Origin: Nitrospinales bacterium
GTDB taxonomy: Bacteria > Nitrospinota > Nitrospinia > Nitrospinales > VA-1
DNA: 64,000 bases
Assembly (NCBI GenBank): GCA_965223795.1
Contig: CBDCXL010000002.1
Span: 480,001 to 544,000, forward strand
Direction of reading: 5' to 3'
Positions within the stretch are counted from its first letter, which is position 1, and each line of letters opens with the position of its first letter. Below the pieces are notes generated by a model, which was given only the letters and a program-made list of their open reading frames with translations, was not told the origin of the DNA and did not search any database. This document shows positions 31,710 through 43,950 of the stretch, in pieces. Both the position numbers and the translations under genes were made by a program.

Positions 31710-32387
31710 TCAACGGTCGTTCTTGTCCATCAATTGCTTGAGATGGCGCCTGGCGTAGCGGCGCACTTTGAGGACGAGTTTGCGGTTGTTCCGGTCCTTG
31801 AGAGATTTCATTCCGTGTGTGTTTAAAAATTTCAGGATGGCGCGATCCCGGAACAGTTCTTCGGGGATGGGTTCGTGCGGTTTGCCTTTGAGCAAACGCT
31901 TGAGCTGGGATTCGCTCAGAGCGGAATCCGACAGGCGGCGCGCTTTGGGAACGTAATAGGTTTTCTGGAGCCGTTTTTCTTTTTTTTGCGGAGACGTCCG
32001 TGCAACAGCCGGAAAAAAGGATTCGCGTTCCTGCGGGGACGCCACCATATAGACCTGCTTCAAACGCGAAGGCCCCGCCCACAGATAAACGGCGTCGCGC
32101 TCTTCAAACAGAGTGAGGACGAGGTCGGTCCAGCTTTCTCCCTGCACTTCGATGCGGACGGGTTCCGCCTGAAGCGGCCCGGAGATGTGAAAACGGATGC
32201 CGCTCTTTTCGGCGATTCGATCCAGCACCTCGGACAGCGGCGCGCCGTCCGCCTGAACCACCCACACGTGCGCGCCGTCCTGCGCCTGCCGCTCGAAGAC
32301 CTGAAGGAACCCGGCTCCCTGAGCGGGTGCGCACAACAGCAACCCGGTCAGGGAGCAAAGAGTGAATACACGGATTCTGGAATACAT
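31710..32387 (-). CDS. Secreted hypothetical protein, possible STN/secretin N0-like domain
   Basis: Signal peptide; APLSEVLDRIAEKSGIRF pattern. Confidence 0.6.
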   Translation of the reverse strand: MYSRIRVFTLCSLTGLLLCAPAQGAGFLQVFERQAQDGAHVWVVQADGAPLSEVLDRIAEKSGIRFHISGPLQAEPVRIEVQGESWTDLVLTLFEERDAVYLWAGPSRLKQVYMVASPQERESFFPAVARTSPQKKEKRLQKTYYVPKARRLSDSALSESQLKRLLKGKPHEPIPEELFRDRAILKFLNTHGMKSLKDRNNRKLVLKVRRYARRHLKQLMDKNDR

Positions 32388-32414
32388 AGGGTCCTGAATG
32401 CCGGGTTAACTTCT

Positions 32415-32804
32415 CTAATCAATTATTTCAATCAAACATTCACTTGAGCAACCGTCTCCGTCTTCATTGCCTCCGTCGTCGCACTCTTCGGGAGGTTCCA
32501 CTACACCATTCCCACACATTGGCCCGGACATCATTTCACATGGCATCGTTCCCCCTGTGATTTGCTCATACTGGCCCGCAACCATCATGCAAGCTTGCTC
32601 GGATGCCTGCGGTTCTTCTGAATCGCAGTCCATGGCTTCACAGTAAGCGTTGCACAGACCGAACGCCGCTCCCACCTGACCGTCGCAGACCTCTTCCACG
32701 CTGGGCGGCTCGCCATCCGGCGTCTGCGCGAACGCAGTCCCGGCACTCAGTACAAAGAGCGCGCTGACAGCGAGTGCGCCCAGAACTTTCAAACAAGGTT
32801 TCAT
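32415..32804 (-). CDS. Secreted Cys-rich acidic protein with a Myxococcus-type cysteine-rich repeat
   Basis: Signal peptide; [35 protein letters not shown]. Confidence 0.75.
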   Translation of the reverse strand: MKPCLKVLGALAVSALFVLSAGTAFAQTPDGEPPSVEEVCDGQVGAAFGLCNAYCEAMDCDSEEPQASEQACMMVAGQYEQITGGTMPCEMMSGPMCGNGVVEPPEECDDGGNEDGDGCSSECLIEIID

Positions 32805-32960
32805 TGCGGTTTTCTCCTCAAAACGTTTACATGCACACAAGTCCGGCTGAACCAGCAGATTGTTATCGGCAGGTTGTGCGAAAAAATGAGGCGTAGCGGA
32901 ATAAGAAAAGATGTCGTGACGAGTGAGAGCAACGACCGGGAAAAGGAGTTCCCGATGTCT

Positions 32961-34517
32961 TTACAGAAAAACCGCTTTGACGAGCAACATCACGCCCACG
33001 GTGATCACCACCGAGCCCGTGACGTTGAGCGCCAAGCCGGCGCGCGACATCTGCGGGATGGTCACCCAGCCGCTGGAATAGACGATGGCGTTGGGCGGCG
33101 TGGCCACGGGCAGCATGAAGGCGCAGGAGGCGGACATGGTCGCGGGGATCATGAGAAACAGGGGATGAAACTGCGCCGCCACGGCCGCCGCCGCGATGAT
33201 CGGCAGGATCATGGTCGTGGTCGCGGTGTTGGAGGTGAGTTCGGTGAGAAATGTCACGGTGAGGCAGATGATCAGGATCACCAGCCACAGCGGCAGCGAG
33301 GCCACGCCGGTGAGCTGGCTGCCGATCCACTGATCGAGCCCCGTTTCAGAGAACCCCGCAGCCAGCGCGAACCCGCCGCCGAACAGCAGCAGGATGCCCC
33401 AGGGCACTTTCTTCTGCACCGTGGACCAGTCGAGCATGAAGTGCTCGGTTTTGCCGTTCAGCATCTGGCCGCGCCCGCGGTTGACGGGAAGCAGCATGAG
33501 CAGCAGCCCCATGGCCATGGCCACGGTGGCGTCGTGCAGCATATCCGGCTTGGCGAACAAGCCGGACCAGCCGGGAATGGTGAACGCACCCAGCGCGATG
33601 GGCTTGCGGAAGATCCACAGACACGCGGTGATGACGAACACCGTGGCGATGGTCCGTTCCGCGGGGGTGATCTTGCCCAGCTCCTCGATTTCCCTGCGGA
33701 TGATGCGGGGCGCCTGCTCGCCGAATTGGATGGCGCTGAGCGGCACGGGCGCCACGACCCGGCACAGGTACCACCACATGATGGGAACGAACGCGCAGAT
33801 GAGCGGGACGGCGAACTGCATCCAGACGAAAAAGCTGAGCTCGGGATGCTCGGGAAAGAGTTTTTTGTAAAAGCCCGCCAGCACGATGTTGGGAGCGGTG
33901 CCGATGAGGGTTCCGGTTCCGCCGATGCTGGCCGCGTACGCGAGCCCCAGCATGAGCACCAGGCCCAGGCTGTCGCGGATGCGGCGCTCGGTGTCGTCGT
34001 TGCGCTCGCCGTCGATGCTGGCCTCGGCGGCGATCTGGCGCACCACGGCCATGCAGACCGGAAGCAGCATCATGGTGGTCGCGGTGTTGGAGATCCACAT
34101 GGACAAAAAGGCGGAGGCGATCATGAATCCCAACACCATGCGCTTTAAATTCGTGCCGATGGCCGCCACGATGTGGAGCGCCAGGCGCTTGTGGAAATTC
34201 CACTTTTCCATGGCGATGGCGATCATGAACCCGCCGAGGAACAGAAACACCAGATGGTTGGTGTAATTGGGCGCGACCTGCTTGCTCGACAGGATGCCGA
34301 GCAGCGGAAACAGCACCAGCGGCATCAGCGCGGTCACGGTGACGGAGGTGCCCTCGCCGATCCACCACACGGCCATCATCAGCACGACGGCGAGCAGCCG
34401 CTGGGCCTCGGGCGTCATGCCCTCGGGAAGCGGCATGAAAAACACCACCAGAAACACGGCCACGCCACCGAGCAGGACGCCGATCTGTTTTTTGAATTCT
34501 TTTAAAGAGCCGGTCAC
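32961..34517 (-). CDS. SLC13/DASS sodium:di-/tricarboxylate or sulfate symporter
   Basis: SMWISNTAT, IGGTGTLIGTAPN, TELTSNTAT, FMLPVATPPNAIV. Confidence 0.93.
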   Translation of the reverse strand: MTGSLKEFKKQIGVLLGGVAVFLVVFFMPLPEGMTPEAQRLLAVVLMMAVWWIGEGTSVTVTALMPLVLFPLLGILSSKQVAPNYTNHLVFLFLGGFMIAIAMEKWNFHKRLALHIVAAIGTNLKRMVLGFMIASAFLSMWISNTATTMMLLPVCMAVVRQIAAEASIDGERNDDTERRIRDSLGLVLMLGLAYAASIGGTGTLIGTAPNIVLAGFYKKLFPEHPELSFFVWMQFAVPLICAFVPIMWWYLCRVVAPVPLSAIQFGEQAPRIIRREIEELGKITPAERTIATVFVITACLWIFRKPIALGAFTIPGWSGLFAKPDMLHDATVAMAMGLLLMLLPVNRGRGQMLNGKTEHFMLDWSTVQKKVPWGILLLFGGGFALAAGFSETGLDQWIGSQLTGVASLPLWLVILIICLTVTFLTELTSNTATTTMILPIIAAAAVAAQFHPLFLMIPATMSASCAFMLPVATPPNAIVYSSGWVTIPQMSRAGLALNVTGSVVITVGVMLLVKAVFL

Positions 34518-34623
34518 CTGGGGCCTATATCATTGCTTTCAATCGGAGTAATGTGACCGATTTGTCGTTGCGGGGTTGCCTGTGCCGTCAATTTTCGCTT
34601 GTTGCGCACGATGGAGTTTATTC

Positions 34624-34728
34624 ATCCCCCTCACACAGCCTTCTCCCTCCAGGGGAGAGGGATAGAGAGCATATCGTTTCTTTGCGCCTTCGCGTCTTTG
34701 CGCGAGGCGGGGTTTACGCTCATCCTGT
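34624..34728 (-). repeat. Composite repeat cluster B (inverted relative to A)
   Basis: Minus strand: ACAGGATGA, GCCTCGCGCAAAGACGCGAAGGCGCAAAG, TATCCCTCTCCCCTGGAGGGAG (34643-34664), GTGAGGGGGAT. Confidence 0.82.
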
Positions 34729-34741
34729 GCCGGTTTTCCGG

Positions 34742-35347
34742 TCATTTCTGCGAAACGGCCTGGAGCGCGGCGGCGATTTCCTGGCTCAGGTCGGACAGGG
34801 TCCGGTTCATGGCCCCCACCACGCCTTCGACGCCCTCGGCGGTGACGGGCTGCTGGAAACTGGAATTTCTCAAGAAAACGGTTTCGGTTCCCTGGTTACC
34901 GAGGATGGTCCAGCGCGCATCGAGAAACCCTTCCTTGCCCAGCTCGCCCTCAAACTTTCGCACCTCCACGGCGATCTGGTAATCGGACGGCGCCGCGTTC
35001 TTCTCCGAAAGTACGGTCACGTTTTCGCTGGACATCAGTAGAGACAGGTTTTTCGCCAGCACGTCGGAAAAATTCGCTTTCAAGGGCTCCGCCCATTTGG
35101 GCGGTTTGCCCCCCTCTTTCGCCGGTCCGCCGGCGGCGGCGATCTCGGGCTTGTCCAGGTGTTCGGCTAGATGCACCGGTGCCACACCGATGCGGAGCTG
35201 CTTCGGCGCGGACGCATTGGGTTTCCCGGCCTCCTGCTGGCTGAGGGGCGTCAGGGTGTATTCGTTTTTCTGAAACGGGGAACCCGCACATCCTGCAAGC
35301 ACCCACTGGGCGAGCAGCACGGCGGCCACGATGAAACGAACGGTCAT
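34742..35347 (-). CDS. PqiC/ABC-transport auxiliary lipoprotein
   Basis: Lipobox LAGC; WAEPL; LDARW; start ATG 35347 with SD AGGAGG. Confidence 0.8.
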   Translation of the reverse strand: MTVRFIVAAVLLAQWVLAGCAGSPFQKNEYTLTPLSQQEAGKPNASAPKQLRIGVAPVHLAEHLDKPEIAAAGGPAKEGGKPPKWAEPLKANFSDVLAKNLSLLMSSENVTVLSEKNAAPSDYQIAVEVRKFEGELGKEGFLDARWTILGNQGTETVFLRNSSFQQPVTAEGVEGVVGAMNRTLSDLSQEIAAALQAVSQK

Positions 35348-35596
35348 GGAAGTCTTCCTCCTGGTTGGGGCCCCTGCCCAGGGTGATCCCGGTTGACTCC
35401 GGATGGGTCCAGGCGAAATGGATGTGCGCCGGAACGCACGGCAGGGGACCGTGGGATGAGTGCGCTCCGGTTTTGCGGTCCCGTGCGACCCCGGCCGAAT
35501 GCGCGAAGGGGCGCGTCCATGCGGCCGCGGGACCGGCAACCAGTTTATATAAAAAACGATTGGAATTCAGCTATTTCGACACGCGACCGCAAAACT

Positions 35597-36478
35597 TCAG
35601 CTGGCGGCGAACATGCGGTCGATTTTCAGGGTGGAGACGATGTGCTTGTCCATGTCCAGCTCCTTGGGGGAATATCCCAGAGCCAGGGCGACGAGCTGGG
35701 GCAGATGCAGAATGGGGATGGCGTATTTTTTCTTCATCAGGATCTCGATTTCGGGCTGGTAGGAATCGAGGTTCAGATGACACAGCGGACAGCCGGTGAC
35801 CACGCAGTCAGCGCCGCTTTCCACCGCATCGACGAGCGCGTTGCCGGCCATGTCGAGGGAGGCTTTCTTGTTCATCATCACGATGGGGAAACCGCAGCAT
35901 TTGATGCGGCTGGGATAGTACACCGGGGTCGCGCCGAGCACCTCGAAGATCTCTTCCAGGCCGGTCGGGTTATCCGGGTTGTCAAAGTCGGACAGGTGCG
36001 AAGGGCGCAGGACGTAGCAGCCGTAAAAGGCCGCCACCTTGAGGCCGGTGAGCGGACGCTGGATCCGTTCCTTGAGCCGCTTCATGCCTTCCTCGCTGGC
36101 GAGGATGTTGGCGAAATGTTTGATCCGGCTCTTGCTGCCGTCGTACTGGTGGCCGCCGTCCTTGAGCAGGTGATTGATCTTGGCTTTGTATTCGGGATCG
36201 GACTTTATGTTGCACTCGGATTTTTTCAGCACGCCCTGGCAGGTGGAGCAGATGGTGACGAGATCGAGGCCCTTTTTCTCGGCGATCGCAAAGGTGCGGG
36301 CGTTGAGCGCGTCGGCGAGGATGGGGCTCTTCTCGCCCACCACGCCGGCGCCGCAGCAGGCGGCGCTTTTCATCTCGACAAAATCGATGCCCAGGCCTTC
36401 GGCGGCTTTCTTGGTGGACACCATCAACTCGCGGGTCGCGCCCTGAGACACACACCCGGTGAAAAGAGCAAATTTCAT
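35597..36478 (-). CDS. Succinate dehydrogenase/fumarate reductase CCG-domain anchor (HdrB-like, type E SdhE)
   Basis: Two CCG motifs with CxxC; downstream of sdhAB. Confidence 0.9.
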   Translation of the reverse strand: MKFALFTGCVSQGATRELMVSTKKAAEGLGIDFVEMKSAACCGAGVVGEKSPILADALNARTFAIAEKKGLDLVTICSTCQGVLKKSECNIKSDPEYKAKINHLLKDGGHQYDGSKSRIKHFANILASEEGMKRLKERIQRPLTGLKVAAFYGCYVLRPSHLSDFDNPDNPTGLEEIFEVLGATPVYYPSRIKCCGFPIVMMNKKASLDMAGNALVDAVESGADCVVTGCPLCHLNLDSYQPEIEILMKKKYAIPILHLPQLVALALGYSPKELDMDKHIVSTLKIDRMFAAS

Positions 36479-37416
36479 TGATCCAGTTCCTTGAATATGC
36501 GTTTCACATCTTTGACGTCATCGATCGACTTGTGAAAGATCGGCGGGATCTTGCGCTTGAGCAGCATGCGCAGGCCGATCGGGATCAGTTCCAGCAGTCC
36601 CTTGATGTTGAACAATCCGACCGATTCGGGAGCAATGCGGTTTTCATCCAGCCGCCCGCTGCGTTTGACGGAGTTGGTGAAGGAGATGGCGTGGCGGGCG
36701 CCGTTGTTGTTGGTCACCCCCTGCTCCATGGCGACGGTCATGATTTCCTTGATGCGGTAGAACGGTTCCGCGGGCTTGGGACAGCGCTCGACGCACTCGG
36801 CGCAGTGGGTGCAGTCCCAGATGCCGCCCGGCTCGCTGAGCTCGGTGACGCGTTCCAGGGTTGCGCCGTCGCGCGAATCGCTCACGAAACGCTGCGCCTT
36901 GGCCAGCGCCGCCGGGCCGAGGAAGCGGTCGTCCACTTCCAGCACGTTGCAGTCGGAATAACAGTTGCCGCACATGATGCAGGTGCTGGCGTCGTCGATC
37001 AGCTTGAACTGCTCGGGCGACTGCTTGCGTTCCTTTTCCGGAGACTTGCCCTTGGGCTTGAGATAAGGGTCGACCTGGTTGAGCTTGTCCCAGAAGGATT
37101 TGAAATCGACGACCAGGTCCTTGATCGGCGGCATGTTGCCCAGCGGCTCGATGGTGATGGTGTCGTTGGCGTCGAGCTGGCTCACCGCCTGGCGCTGGCA
37201 GGCCAGGATGGCGTGGCCGTTGACCTTCATGCCGCAGGAGCCGCAGATGGCGCTGCGGCAGGACATGCGATAAGTCAGGGAACCGTCCATCGTCCACTTG
37301 ATGAGATTGACGCAGTCCAGCAGGGTGGAACCGGGCGGGATGTCCAACTGGAAATCCTCGTAATACGGCTCGGGCTGCTTTTCGGGGTTGAACCGCTTGA
37401 TCCGGAATGTCGCCAT
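36475..37416 (-). CDS. sdhB: Succinate dehydrogenase/fumarate reductase Fe-S subunit
   Basis: [29 protein letters not shown]. Confidence 0.93.
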   Translation of the reverse strand: MATFRIKRFNPEKQPEPYYEDFQLDIPPGSTLLDCVNLIKWTMDGSLTYRMSCRSAICGSCGMKVNGHAILACQRQAVSQLDANDTITIEPLGNMPPIKDLVVDFKSFWDKLNQVDPYLKPKGKSPEKERKQSPEQFKLIDDASTCIMCGNCYSDCNVLEVDDRFLGPAALAKAQRFVSDSRDGATLERVTELSEPGGIWDCTHCAECVERCPKPAEPFYRIKEIMTVAMEQGVTNNNGARHAISFTNSVKRSGRLDENRIAPESVGLFNIKGLLELIPIGLRMLLKRKIPPIFHKSIDDVKDVKRIFKELDQ

Positions 37417-39137
37417 CAGTACTTTCTTTCCGTGGGTTGATGCTTGGTGATCACAACGGGTTTGTACTTCAGTTCCAGCCCGTCCGGAGAATCGTAAACG
37501 AACGTGTGCTTCAAAAATGCCTCGTCGTCCCGCTTGGGATGATCGGTGCGGTAATGACCGCCACGGCTTTCGTTTCTTGCGAGCGCGGCGGTGGCGATGA
37601 TCTCCGCCACCTGGAGCATGTTGCCCAGCTCCAGGATTTCGTAGATTTCGGTATTGAACAATTTGCCCTTATCCGTCACTTTACCTTTTTTAAAACGGAT
37701 TTGCAGTTTTTTGACGGTCTCGATGCACTGTTGCAGTTTTTCCGCGTCGCGAAACACCCCGCAATGGCTCATCATGATCTCTTTCATCTCGGTGCGGATG
37801 TTGTTGTAGTTCTCGCTGCCATCGCGTTGATATATATCCTCGAACATTTTCAGCACCTTGGCCTTTTCCGGGCCCTCGTTGACGCGGGCGAAATCCACAC
37901 TTTTCGCATACTCCAGAGCAGACTTTCCGGCACGTTCGCCGAACACGGTGGCGTCGAGCAATGAATTCGTTCCCAGCCGGTTGGCCCCGTGCACCGAAAC
38001 GCAGGCGCATTCCCCGGCGGCGAAAAAGCCCTTGAGCGGCGTGCCGCTCTCATCGAGCACCACCTGGCCGAATTTATTGGTCGGGATGCCGCCCATCGAG
38101 TAATGCGCGGTGGGCTGGATCGGCAGCGGTTCCTTGACGCAGTCGACGGAGATGAAATCGATGCCGAGCTGGCGGATCTGCGGCAGCCGTTCCATAATGC
38201 GGGCTTCGCCCAGATGCCGCAGGTCGAGATGGATGATGTCCTTGCCGTCGACGCCGCGGCCGGCGTCGATCTCGCTCTGCTCGGCGCGCGCGACGATGTC
38301 GCGGGGCGCGAGCTCCATGCGCGAGGGCGCGTACTGCTCCATGAAGCGGTCGCCCTTGCCGTTGAGGAGAAAACCGCCCTCCCCGCGCGCCGCTTCGGAA
38401 AACAAAATCCCCTGCCGGTACAGGCCGGAGGGATGAAACTGCACGAATTCCGGATCCTCCATCGGGATGCCGGCCTTGAACGCCGCCATCACGCCGTCGG
38501 CGGTGCTGGCGAACGCGTTGGTGGTGATGCGGAACACGCGGCCGTAGCCGCCGGTGCCGAACACCACCGCCTTGGCCTGCATGACTTCCAGGTTGCCGGT
38601 GCGGATGTCGCTCACCACGACGCCGTTGCAGCGGCCGTCCTCGATGATGAGCGAGTGCATGTACCATTCGGAATAGATCTTGATCGACTTGCTCTGCTTG
38701 TGCAGCTGCTCGTGCAGGGCGTGCAGGATGGCGTGGCCGGTGCGGTCGGCGGAGAAGCAGGCGCGCGGTTTGGAATGCCCGCCGAAACTGCGCTGGGCGA
38801 TCTTGCCGTCGGGCGTGCGGCTGAACACGCAGCCCATGTGCTCCAGTTCGTAGATGACGCGCGGCGCGGCCTTGACGTATTCCTCGACGGCGTCCTGGTC
38901 GCTGAGATAATCGCCGCCCTTGACCGTATCGAACATATGCTCTTCCCAGGAATCGTCCTGGGAATTGCCGAGCGCGGCGGCGATCCCCCCCTGGGCGGCG
39001 CCGGAATGGGATCGCGAGGGATAGACCTTGGTGAGCAGCGCCACGTCCAGGTCCTTGGACACTTCCAGGGCCGCGCGCATGCCCGCGAGACCGGCGCCAA
39101 CAATGACAACATCGTGTTTGATCAAAAGAAACCCCAA
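37416..39137 (-). CDS. sdhA: Succinate dehydrogenase/fumarate reductase flavoprotein
   Basis: [39 protein letters not shown]. Confidence 0.96.
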   Translation of the reverse strand: MGFLLIKHDVVIVGAGLAGMRAALEVSKDLDVALLTKVYPSRSHSGAAQGGIAAALGNSQDDSWEEHMFDTVKGGDYLSDQDAVEEYVKAAPRVIYELEHMGCVFSRTPDGKIAQRSFGGHSKPRACFSADRTGHAILHALHEQLHKQSKSIKIYSEWYMHSLIIEDGRCNGVVVSDIRTGNLEVMQAKAVVFGTGGYGRVFRITTNAFASTADGVMAAFKAGIPMEDPEFVQFHPSGLYRQGILFSEAARGEGGFLLNGKGDRFMEQYAPSRMELAPRDIVARAEQSEIDAGRGVDGKDIIHLDLRHLGEARIMERLPQIRQLGIDFISVDCVKEPLPIQPTAHYSMGGIPTNKFGQVVLDESGTPLKGFFAAGECACVSVHGANRLGTNSLLDATVFGERAGKSALEYAKSVDFARVNEGPEKAKVLKMFEDIYQRDGSENYNNIRTEMKEIMMSHCGVFRDAEKLQQCIETVKKLQIRFKKGKVTDKGKLFNTEIYEILELGNMLQVAEIIATAALARNESRGGHYRTDHPKRDDEAFLKHTFVYDSPDGLELKYKPVVITKHQPTERKY

Positions 39138-39367
39138 AAACTCCAGAAGGTGCGGCTCGCTGCGCGCGGGGGTGTCCCCGGCGTATCGGCCCTGTGCGGC
39201 ACGAACTCCCGAAACTCAACCATCCAAAGAGTTTGGGGGTCAAACGGGATGCTTCGTGTGCGGGGCAAAGGGCGGAGGGGCCTCCTGGTGTCGTGATAAC
39301 TGACTAAAATTGAAGGGCGTATTGAACCATTATCGGTCCGCCTCTGTCAAGAAAAATGAGAATGCAG

Positions 39368-39395
39368 TTGAAAATGCCGGGAAACCTAATATAAT
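39368..39395 (+). promoter_or_regulatory. Sigma-70-like promoter of the DEAD-box helicase
   Basis: TTGAAA-16 bp-TATAAT. Confidence 0.5.
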
Positions 39396-39503
39396 GGTAA
39401 ATATATCAAAATGTTTCTAAAAATTTATTGAAATTTATTCCAGCCTTCCTGATGAATCATTCCCCGTCGGCGGCATACAAATAACAACCTACCTGACAAG
39501 CAG

Positions 39504-40844
39504 TTGGAGCACTCATTGGAAAACATTGCATTCGATTCCCTGGGCTTGACCGAAAAAGTCATGGACGGAATCCGCGACGCGGATTTCAAATACTGCACTC
39601 CCATTCAAGGCGCGGTGCTGCCGCTGACCCTGCAGGGCAAGGACGTGGCGGGCCAGGCGCAGACCGGCACCGGCAAGACGGCGGCGTTTCTCATCACGCT
39701 GTTCCAGCGCCTGCTGGAGAACAAGCCCGCAAAGCCTCCGGCGCGCGGCAAATCCGGACCGCGGGCGCTGATCATCGCGCCGACGCGCGAGCTGGCGCGG
39801 CAGATCGAAATGGACGCGCGGCTTTTGGGCGGCCACAGCGAGTTCAAGATCGTCTGCGTGTACGGCGGACTGGATTATCAGAAGCAGAAAGACATGATCA
39901 AGGCGGGTGTGGACGTGCTCATCGCCACGCCGGGGCGGCTGATCGACTACTACAAGCAGAAATTTTTCAGCCTCAAGCTGGTCGAGGTGCTGGTCATCGA
40001 CGAGGCGGACCGCATGTTCGACATGGGCTTCATCCAGGACCTGCGCTACATCATGCGCAACACCTCCCCCTACGACAAGCGGCTGACCATGCTGTTTTCC
40101 GCCACCCTGAACTTTCGGGTGATGGAGCTTTGCTACAAATTCATGAACAACCCGGAACGGGTGACTATCGAGCCGGAAAAAGCGGTGGTGGACGACATCG
40201 CCCAGTCCCTGTACCACGTCGGGCACCATGAAAAGAACAACCTGCTGCTGGGCCTGCTGAAACAGGAGGAAGGCGAAAAGGTCCTGATCTTCTGCAACAC
40301 CAAGGCGATGGCGGAACGGCTGGAACACAAACTCAAGCACAACGGCTACAACGCCGGCCAGATCAGCGGCGACCTGCCGCAGAAGGCGCGCATCCGCGTG
40401 CTGGAAAATTTCAAAGACGGCGACATCGACATCCTCATCGCCACCGACGTGGCGTCGCGCGGCATCCACGTGGACGACATCACGCACGTGATCAACTACG
40501 ATCTGCCGCAGGACCCGGAAGACTACGTGCACCGCATCGGCCGCACGGCGCGGGCGGGCAAGAAAGGCACGGCGATCACGCTGTGCTGCGAAAACTACGC
40601 CGTGCACCTGGAACGGGTGGAAGAATACCTCAAGCAGAAGATTCCCGTAGTGTGGGCGGAAGAAGAACTGTTCCTGAAAGAAAAACCCGGCGAACCCGCA
40701 CGGCCGCGCCGGTCGTCGTCCCGGCCGCGCAGCAAGACCTCCGGCTCCGGCGAAAAACGCACGAGAGAAAAACGGCCCAAACGCTCCCGCCCCCGGCGGC
40801 GGCGCTCATCCTCCCGCCCCTCAGGCACCGCCCCGGCACCCTGA
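39504..40844 (+). CDS. rhlB: DEAD-box RNA helicase, RhlB-like
   Basis: CTPIQ, DVAGQAQTGTGKT, PTREL, DEAD, SAT, HRIGRTAR; Arg-rich tail. Confidence 0.85.
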   Translation: MEHSLENIAFDSLGLTEKVMDGIRDADFKYCTPIQGAVLPLTLQGKDVAGQAQTGTGKTAAFLITLFQRLLENKPAKPPARGKSGPRALIIAPTRELARQIEMDARLLGGHSEFKIVCVYGGLDYQKQKDMIKAGVDVLIATPGRLIDYYKQKFFSLKLVEVLVIDEADRMFDMGFIQDLRYIMRNTSPYDKRLTMLFSATLNFRVMELCYKFMNNPERVTIEPEKAVVDDIAQSLYHVGHHEKNNLLLGLLKQEEGEKVLIFCNTKAMAERLEHKLKHNGYNAGQISGDLPQKARIRVLENFKDGDIDILIATDVASRGIHVDDITHVINYDLPQDPEDYVHRIGRTARAGKKGTAITLCCENYAVHLERVEEYLKQKIPVVWAEEELFLKEKPGEPARPRRSSSRPRSKTSGSGEKRTREKRPKRSRPRRRRSSSRPSGTAPAP

Positions 40845-40905
40845 GTGGCTGTTACACTTACTCCCTGCCTCGCTAGCCATACGCGCAATCGCACAATCCC
40901 ACCGC

Positions 40906-40943
40906 AAAAAACCAGCCTCGCGCAAAGTCGCCAAGACGCAAAG
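40906..40943 (+). repeat. Repeat C, left arm of a 38-bp inverted pair
   Basis: AAAAAACCAGCCTCGCGCAAAGTCGCCAAGACGCAAAG. Confidence 0.85.
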
Positions 40944-41106
40944 GGGAACGACTAGATGACTATATATCCTGAATTAAGCTACCCCACTTTATATTTCTTT
41001 ACTCATTCCGACAAAAGGAATTAATTATACTCAATAAATTGAAATCTTGCTTTTGTAGAGTATTTTACAAGCAACTATCCATCGCAATTATAGAGAGTAA
41101 GTTGTC

Positions 41107-41685
41107 ATGGAGTTTAGGCTAATCTATGAAGGTAGGCTAAAAAGTTCTCAAACTAAAAGACGAGATGTTAATCATATACAGGAAATACGCAATCAAATTC
41201 ATCCTCAATTAAAAACACTATGGAATCAGATTCCATTAAATACTGTTTCGTATTTTTTAGAAGAAGATCCTGGCAAATCCAAAACCTCAATAATTAAAAA
41301 GGTGAACTCCATAAAATTTGCGCCTTTAATCAATAAGAAATTATATCTTCTTGTTAAACTCCATTTTCTTTTTTTACGACCTTCCCCACCTGGACATTTA
41401 TTTGAAGATGGAGGGGATATTGACAATCGAATTAAAACATTAATAGATGGACTTAGAATTCCAACTCATCAAGAATTAGAAAAAATCAATCCAGATCTCA
41501 TTAGTACGAAGAAGGATGACGTGCCATTCCATTGCTTATTAGAGGATGATAAATTTGTTACAGATTTTTCAGTTACTACAGATCGCTTATTAAGAAATAC
41601 TGAAAATTCACAAAATGTTCAAATAATCATTCGAGTAACCCCGTGGGCAATCCATAAAACGTGGGATGCTGATGTCTTATTATAA
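41107..41685 (+). CDS. Low-GC RusA-like nuclease-fold protein
   Basis: GDIDNRIKTLIDGL...LLEDD fits RusA DxDNxxKxxxD..DD; strongly AT-rich. Confidence 0.65.
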   Translation: MEFRLIYEGRLKSSQTKRRDVNHIQEIRNQIHPQLKTLWNQIPLNTVSYFLEEDPGKSKTSIIKKVNSIKFAPLINKKLYLLVKLHFLFLRPSPPGHLFEDGGDIDNRIKTLIDGLRIPTHQELEKINPDLISTKKDDVPFHCLLEDDKFVTDFSVTTDRLLRNTENSQNVQIIIRVTPWAIHKTWDADVLL

Positions 41686-41778
41686 AATTGTAAGGAGTCT
41701 TTATTAATTAGTGAAAGATGAAAGTAGTTATGTCTCAATATATGACAAACTTTCCTTTAGCTGTTTTTCTTTAGGCTC

Positions 41779-41912
41779 TTTGCGTCTTTGCGGTTATCCT
41801 GTTTTTGCTTTTATCCTGTAAATCCTGTCTCTTGCTTTTGCTTTTCTTTGCGCCTTGGCGGCTTTGCGCGAGGCTGGTTTTTTTATCCCCGCCTTTTTTC
41901 CTGTCATCCTGT
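41779..41912 (-). repeat. Composite repeat cluster D, including the right arm 41846-41883
   Basis: 41846-41883 is the reverse complement of 40906-40943 (36/38 identical); also ACAGGATGA, ACAGGATTTACAGGAT and CGCAAAGACGCAAAG units. Confidence 0.85.
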
Positions 41913-41913
41913 C

Positions 41914-43950
<2,037 letters not shown>

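Noticed and set aside
35350..35560. GC-rich inverted segments between the SdhE-type gene and the pqiC-like gene
   Set aside because: Short 8-bp stems are plausible by chance at this GC content; no recognisable RNA motif
24459..41912. Repeat clusters as a CRISPR array or IS ends
   Set aside because: No regular repeat-spacer periodicity, no cas or transposase genes, and no target-site duplication seen
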